Below are positions 60,680 through 64,000 of a stretch of DNA of 64,000 nucleotides, one piece after another. The notes under the pieces are model-generated. The model was not told the origin of the DNA. It worked only from the letters and a program-made list of their open reading frames with translations, and searched no databases. The translations under genes were made by a program, and so were the position numbers. The stretch is from a virus (taxonomy: Duplodnaviria > Caudoviricetes): IMG/VR virus record IMGVR_UViG_3300042975_000100, positions 80,788 through 144,787 of that record. One strand, 5' to 3'. Within the stretch, counting starts at the first letter, position 1; each line of letters opens with the position of its first letter.

Positions 60680-61717
60680 GGAGGAGTTTAAATTGTTTCA
60701 ATCTGAAGATTTGATTAGGTTTGAAGACCTTGCTTTATCATTGCAAGAAATCATAATGAGAAAGTTAAAGTGGGATGATTTAGATCCTAATCTTCAACGT
60801 ATTATAAACAGCAGAACTGGATCAGGAATGCTGTTTCAGAATGCATTTAATGGAGGAAGTAATGGCCAGCTTATAAAAATTAATGCTAGCCAACAGACAT
60901 TATTTGCAGATGATAACTTTAGATCTGTTAAAGTCGTAAGCACAGATCAAGAATTAGCTGATGAAATGGACTTTAAGCCCATATCCATGAAAGACGTTTT
61001 TAATTCTTGGTATAGGTTTTGCCATTCTGACCATAACGCTTTATCCCAATTGGTTACTGGTCCTGAGACTGAATATGGTACATGGCAGAATAAAGACTTT
61101 CTGAATATATGGTCATACAATGAAGCAGATAATTCCATATCACAGAACGTAGACTGGAGTCCAGTATGCGGTTTTATCAATCCGAAAAACTTCTATACCA
61201 ATTATTATCTGAGAATCAAATATCGTACATCTGATGATGATAATACCTTTATCTTCTGCGGATTCATGACTGATGCTAATGGAGTCGAGCACACACTCTC
61301 TATCTGTAGAGGAGCAAGAGAAAATACCATTTGTTATTGGGCATTTATATATGATGCTGGCAATCCTACCCAGCATATCATAACCAATTATACTGACAAA
61401 GTTGGAGCTATGGGCGATGGTACATACACAATGTCAGTTAAAAGAATAAATAATTCTCTTGAGTTTAAAACTACCTCAGTGAATAGCGATGTCGACAATG
61501 AAAGTTGGACTATCAATTGGACCTACCCAGATAAGAAACCCGATGGTATGAGTCAGGCAGAATACGATAATATTGGAGAGATGCTTAATAAAACCAATAG
61601 AGTTGGATTTGGAGTGCGCTCCATGAATACCACATTCTATATAGATAAACAGTATGAGATCTTTGATGATGGAGATATATATGCTTTGCATCAAGATAAG
61701 ATATACTCATATGATAC
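60461..61717 (+). repeat. 86-bp perfect direct repeat shared by paralogs 1 and 2 (60461-60546 and 61632-61717)
   Basis: acattctatatagataaacagtatgagatctttgatgatggagatatatatgctttgcatcaagataagatatactcatatgatac is identical in both genes. Confidence 0.9.
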
Positions 61718-61865
61718 AAAGTTATCTACATGGGTAGCAAAACCAACTCCACTGCATCTATCAATCCCAAATAGGATCTTTATGTATAATGCTAGGTTAA
61801 AGCATTTCTTCTTCTACGATTACTGGAATAAGTATAATAGAATCGTATTTAAGAAAGGGGTATAA
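60693..61865 (+). CDS. tail fibre / receptor-binding-like protein, paralog 2
   Basis: Co-linear with paralog 1; TTG start with AGGAGG RBS. Confidence 0.6.
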   Translation: MFQSEDLIRFEDLALSLQEIIMRKLKWDDLDPNLQRIINSRTGSGMLFQNAFNGGSNGQLIKINASQQTLFADDNFRSVKVVSTDQELADEMDFKPISMKDVFNSWYRFCHSDHNALSQLVTGPETEYGTWQNKDFLNIWSYNEADNSISQNVDWSPVCGFINPKNFYTNYYLRIKYRTSDDDNTFIFCGFMTDANGVEHTLSICRGARENTICYWAFIYDAGNPTQHIITNYTDKVGAMGDGTYTMSVKRINNSLEFKTTSVNSDVDNESWTINWTYPDKKPDGMSQAEYDNIGEMLNKTNRVGFGVRSMNTTFYIDKQYEIFDDGDIYALHQDKIYSYDTKLSTWVAKPTPLHLSIPNRIFMYNARLKHFFFYDYWNKYNRIVFKKGV

Positions 61866-63157
61866 TGATGGCATTTATAAATGAAGATTTAATAAAGTGG
61901 CAAGACTTATCTAAGTCGCTGCAAGATAAGATTACTAGACAGATTACATGGGATGATTTGGATATTACTATTCAGCAAAAAATAAATTCTGGCGGCAATT
62001 CTATTCTAACAGATATCTTTAAAGAAGGGTTAGATGGTCAGGATATCAAACTGAAAGTTACCAATCAGACTCTATTTGCAGATGATAACTTTAGAAATAT
62101 CAAAGTGGTTGCTACCGATGCAGAACTCGCCGATGAAATGAATTACAAGCCTATTCAGATGGGTGATGTATTCAGAAAATGGTATAGATATACCCATGCA
62201 TATGGCCCAGCAATAAGAGACATTCTTGACCATACTAACTGGAATCAGTGTGCAGATGGTCAGAACGTAATGAGCGACCATGAGCATGCCGACTATCTCG
62301 ATCCTAATAAGAGTGGTTGGGTTTATAATGAAGCCGAGCAGTCTATCAGCTCTCATTATGATTATGAGCCTGTAGCAGGATTTATCAATCCTACTAATTT
62401 CTATACCAACTATTTCCTTCGCATGAAATGCGATGCTGGTTGGGATGATGATAACCTTATGATCATTGCTGGTTATTGTAAAGATGCTGCTGGCGTAGAG
62501 CATACATTATCATTGGTACGTGGAGCTGGTAATATCGGTGGAGGGTATGGCAACTCCAACTATCCAGGATACGAAAAATACAATGGGTCTATTGATACTA
62601 CATTCTGGTGGGGTTTGATATATGATATGGGTAATCCTACTCAGCATATTCTTGTAGACTATAGTCAGAAGACTGGCCCTTCTAAGTTTGCTACAGCTGC
62701 TGCTAGAGTATGTATCTGCTATATCACCCTTGTACGTACCAACTCTCATCTTGAGTGCCGTACCACCGATTGGAGTAAAGATGGCTTAGATAAGAATGAT
62801 GTACCAGATTGGACGTTCACTTGGGATTTGCCAAAGACCAGACCGGCAGGAATGTCACAAGATGAATACGATAATATCTCTAAGATGCTTGGAGAGACAA
62901 ACCGCGTAGGTTTTGGTGTTAGATCCGGGCAGCCTACATTCTCCATTGAATCGCAGCATGAAATCTTCGATGATGGAGATATCTATGCTATGCATCAGGA
63001 TAAGGTGTACTCGTTCAATATCAAATCTGGAGAGTGGGAAGTTAAAGGCAAGATGCATGAACTCCTTCCAGATAAGATATTCCTCTATAATACAAGATTA
63101 GAGAAATTGTATTTCTATAAGTTCTGGAATAACTATCAGCTGATAGAAGCATATTAA
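61865..63157 (+). CDS. tail fibre / receptor-binding-like protein, paralog 3 (more diverged, with loop insertions)
   Basis: Same architecture; WDDDNLMIIAGY. Confidence 0.6.
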   Translation: MMAFINEDLIKWQDLSKSLQDKITRQITWDDLDITIQQKINSGGNSILTDIFKEGLDGQDIKLKVTNQTLFADDNFRNIKVVATDAELADEMNYKPIQMGDVFRKWYRYTHAYGPAIRDILDHTNWNQCADGQNVMSDHEHADYLDPNKSGWVYNEAEQSISSHYDYEPVAGFINPTNFYTNYFLRMKCDAGWDDDNLMIIAGYCKDAAGVEHTLSLVRGAGNIGGGYGNSNYPGYEKYNGSIDTTFWWGLIYDMGNPTQHILVDYSQKTGPSKFATAAARVCICYITLVRTNSHLECRTTDWSKDGLDKNDVPDWTFTWDLPKTRPAGMSQDEYDNISKMLGETNRVGFGVRSGQPTFSIESQHEIFDDGDIYAMHQDKVYSFNIKSGEWEVKGKMHELLPDKIFLYNTRLEKLYFYKFWNNYQLIEAY

Positions 63158-63199
63158 AGCAAAATTTATCCCTCTACTCATTACGAGTAGAGGGGTATT

Positions 63200-64000
63200 T
63201 TATTTTGTATACAAAGTATATCCATCATCCATATCGAAGCATTCTTTGCTATTCTTATCTAAATGATCAATATGATATGTGCTCTTGATCATCATGCTAT
63301 TATCTTCCCCATGAGGCTTAAGCCTTCCAACCCAAACTTCTTCAGAGCTAATAGCATTACAAGAAGATTTACGAACGTCTTTTGTAAAGTAGATAGATCC
63401 ATTAGCATAGTCAATAAGTCGTGTATCGTGTATAGAAATAAAGATAGTCTTTCCTTCATCACGTAAGCTATCAACTATGCTTCTCAACTCCCTACCAGCC
63501 ATAGGATCTAGCTGTGAGAATATCTCATCCATGATGATATACTTAGTCTTCTGGAGTAAAGCTCTTGCTATTGCTGCTTTACGAATCTCGCCACCAGATA
63601 GCAAACTTACGTCTCTATCCAGTATCTCCCTAGGCAATAATTTATACTTATTGATTACTTCTTCAAGATCATTAAAGTCAGAATCTGTCGGTGAGTAGAA
63701 GATTGATCTATAAGGAGCTAATCCTTGCAGAATCCAATCTTTCGTAGGGAATCTCATCTCGCAGCGTACATCTTGTGGTATATAAGAGAAGTATTTAAAC
63801 TCTTTTCCCTTGATAGATTCTCCATCTATCGCGATATCCCCAGAATAAGGCTTTAAGCCCAGCATAGATTCAAAGAAAGTGGTTTTACCAGAACCATTCT
63901 CACCCAGCACTGCTACTACTCCATTGAATGGAATCTCCGATATTGCAAGCTCGCAGGAGTGCCCAATATAGCCAAATCGGAAGGAGTCAAATCGTATCAT
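63200..64000 (-). CDS. ABC transporter ATP-binding subunit (FepC/ZnuC-like metal/cofactor importer family)
   Basis: GENGSGKTT, YIPQ, LSGGE.RKAAIARAL, IIMDE...LD, SIHD; start lies at the window edge. Confidence 0.88.
   Translation of the reverse strand: MIRFDSFRFGYIGHSCELAISEIPFNGVVAVLGENGSGKTTFFESMLGLKPYSGDIAIDGESIKGKEFKYFSYIPQDVRCEMRFPTKDWILQGLAPYRSIFYSPTDSDFNDLEEVINKYKLLPREILDRDVSLLSGGEIRKAAIARALLQKTKYIIMDEIFSQLDPMAGRELRSIVDSLRDEGKTIFISIHDTRLIDYANGSIYFTKDVRKSSCNAISSEEVWVGRLKPHGEDNSMMIKSTYHIDHLDKNSKECFDMDDGYTLYTK

Larger units (their letters stand above)
27356..63194. repeat. family of palindromic terminator hairpins with a shared C-G[CT]AAT-G loop
   Basis: 27356-27380, 30299-30321, 43559-43581, 53939-53962, 55173-55199, 58154-58182, 63170-63194. 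Stems vary with compensatory pairing; loop is GCAAT on + or GTAAT on - (GATAAT at 53939). Confidence 0.75.

Noticed and set aside
59522-63157. Diversity-generating retroelement or invertase shufflon acting on the fibre paralogs
   Set aside because: No reverse transcriptase or recombinase in the window. The repeat is perfectly identical and direct, with no adenine-specific mismatches and no inversion.
1-64000. Stop-codon recoding (alternative genetic code)
   Set aside because: Long conserved genes are intact in code 11. The few breaks are frameshifts, not in-frame stops.

Overview
Segment of an AT-rich jumbo phage genome of the phiKZ/AR9(PBS1)-related type with split multisubunit RNA polymerases. 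It encodes two non-virion RNAP beta halves, a virion-RNAP-like beta C-terminal subunit, a PhuZ/TubZ-like tubulin, RecA/UvsX, SbcC and SbcD, DnaB and Dda-like helicases, NAD-dependent ligase, GyrA/GyrB-type topoisomerase II, dUTPase, a dCMP deaminase fusion, a DHH phosphoesterase, a GH73 glucosaminidase and an ABC ATPase. Late/virion genes lie on the + strand, including three tandem tail-fibre-like paralogs and two HExxH zincins. An OmpM-like porin lacking its SLH domain suggests a Negativicutes (diderm Firmicutes) host. Two phage promoter classes can be read from the DNA: TATATATTAT (about 16 copies, all on the minus strand) and DACH-N6-TA(A) (17 copies, resembling the AR9 nvRNAP promoter). 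The most novel signal is a short peptide motif, K-x-x-[AV]-M-[TRKH]-L-[VIA]-[DNE]-(P), found 8 times in accessory, probably disordered segments of unrelated proteins (RNAP beta C x4, DnaB x2, ligase x1, a 52-aa protein x1). It is a candidate phage docking or targeting signal. Several single-base frameshifts in homopolymers (including gyrB) are probably assembly errors. All functional calls come from motif recognition by eye; no database searches were run.
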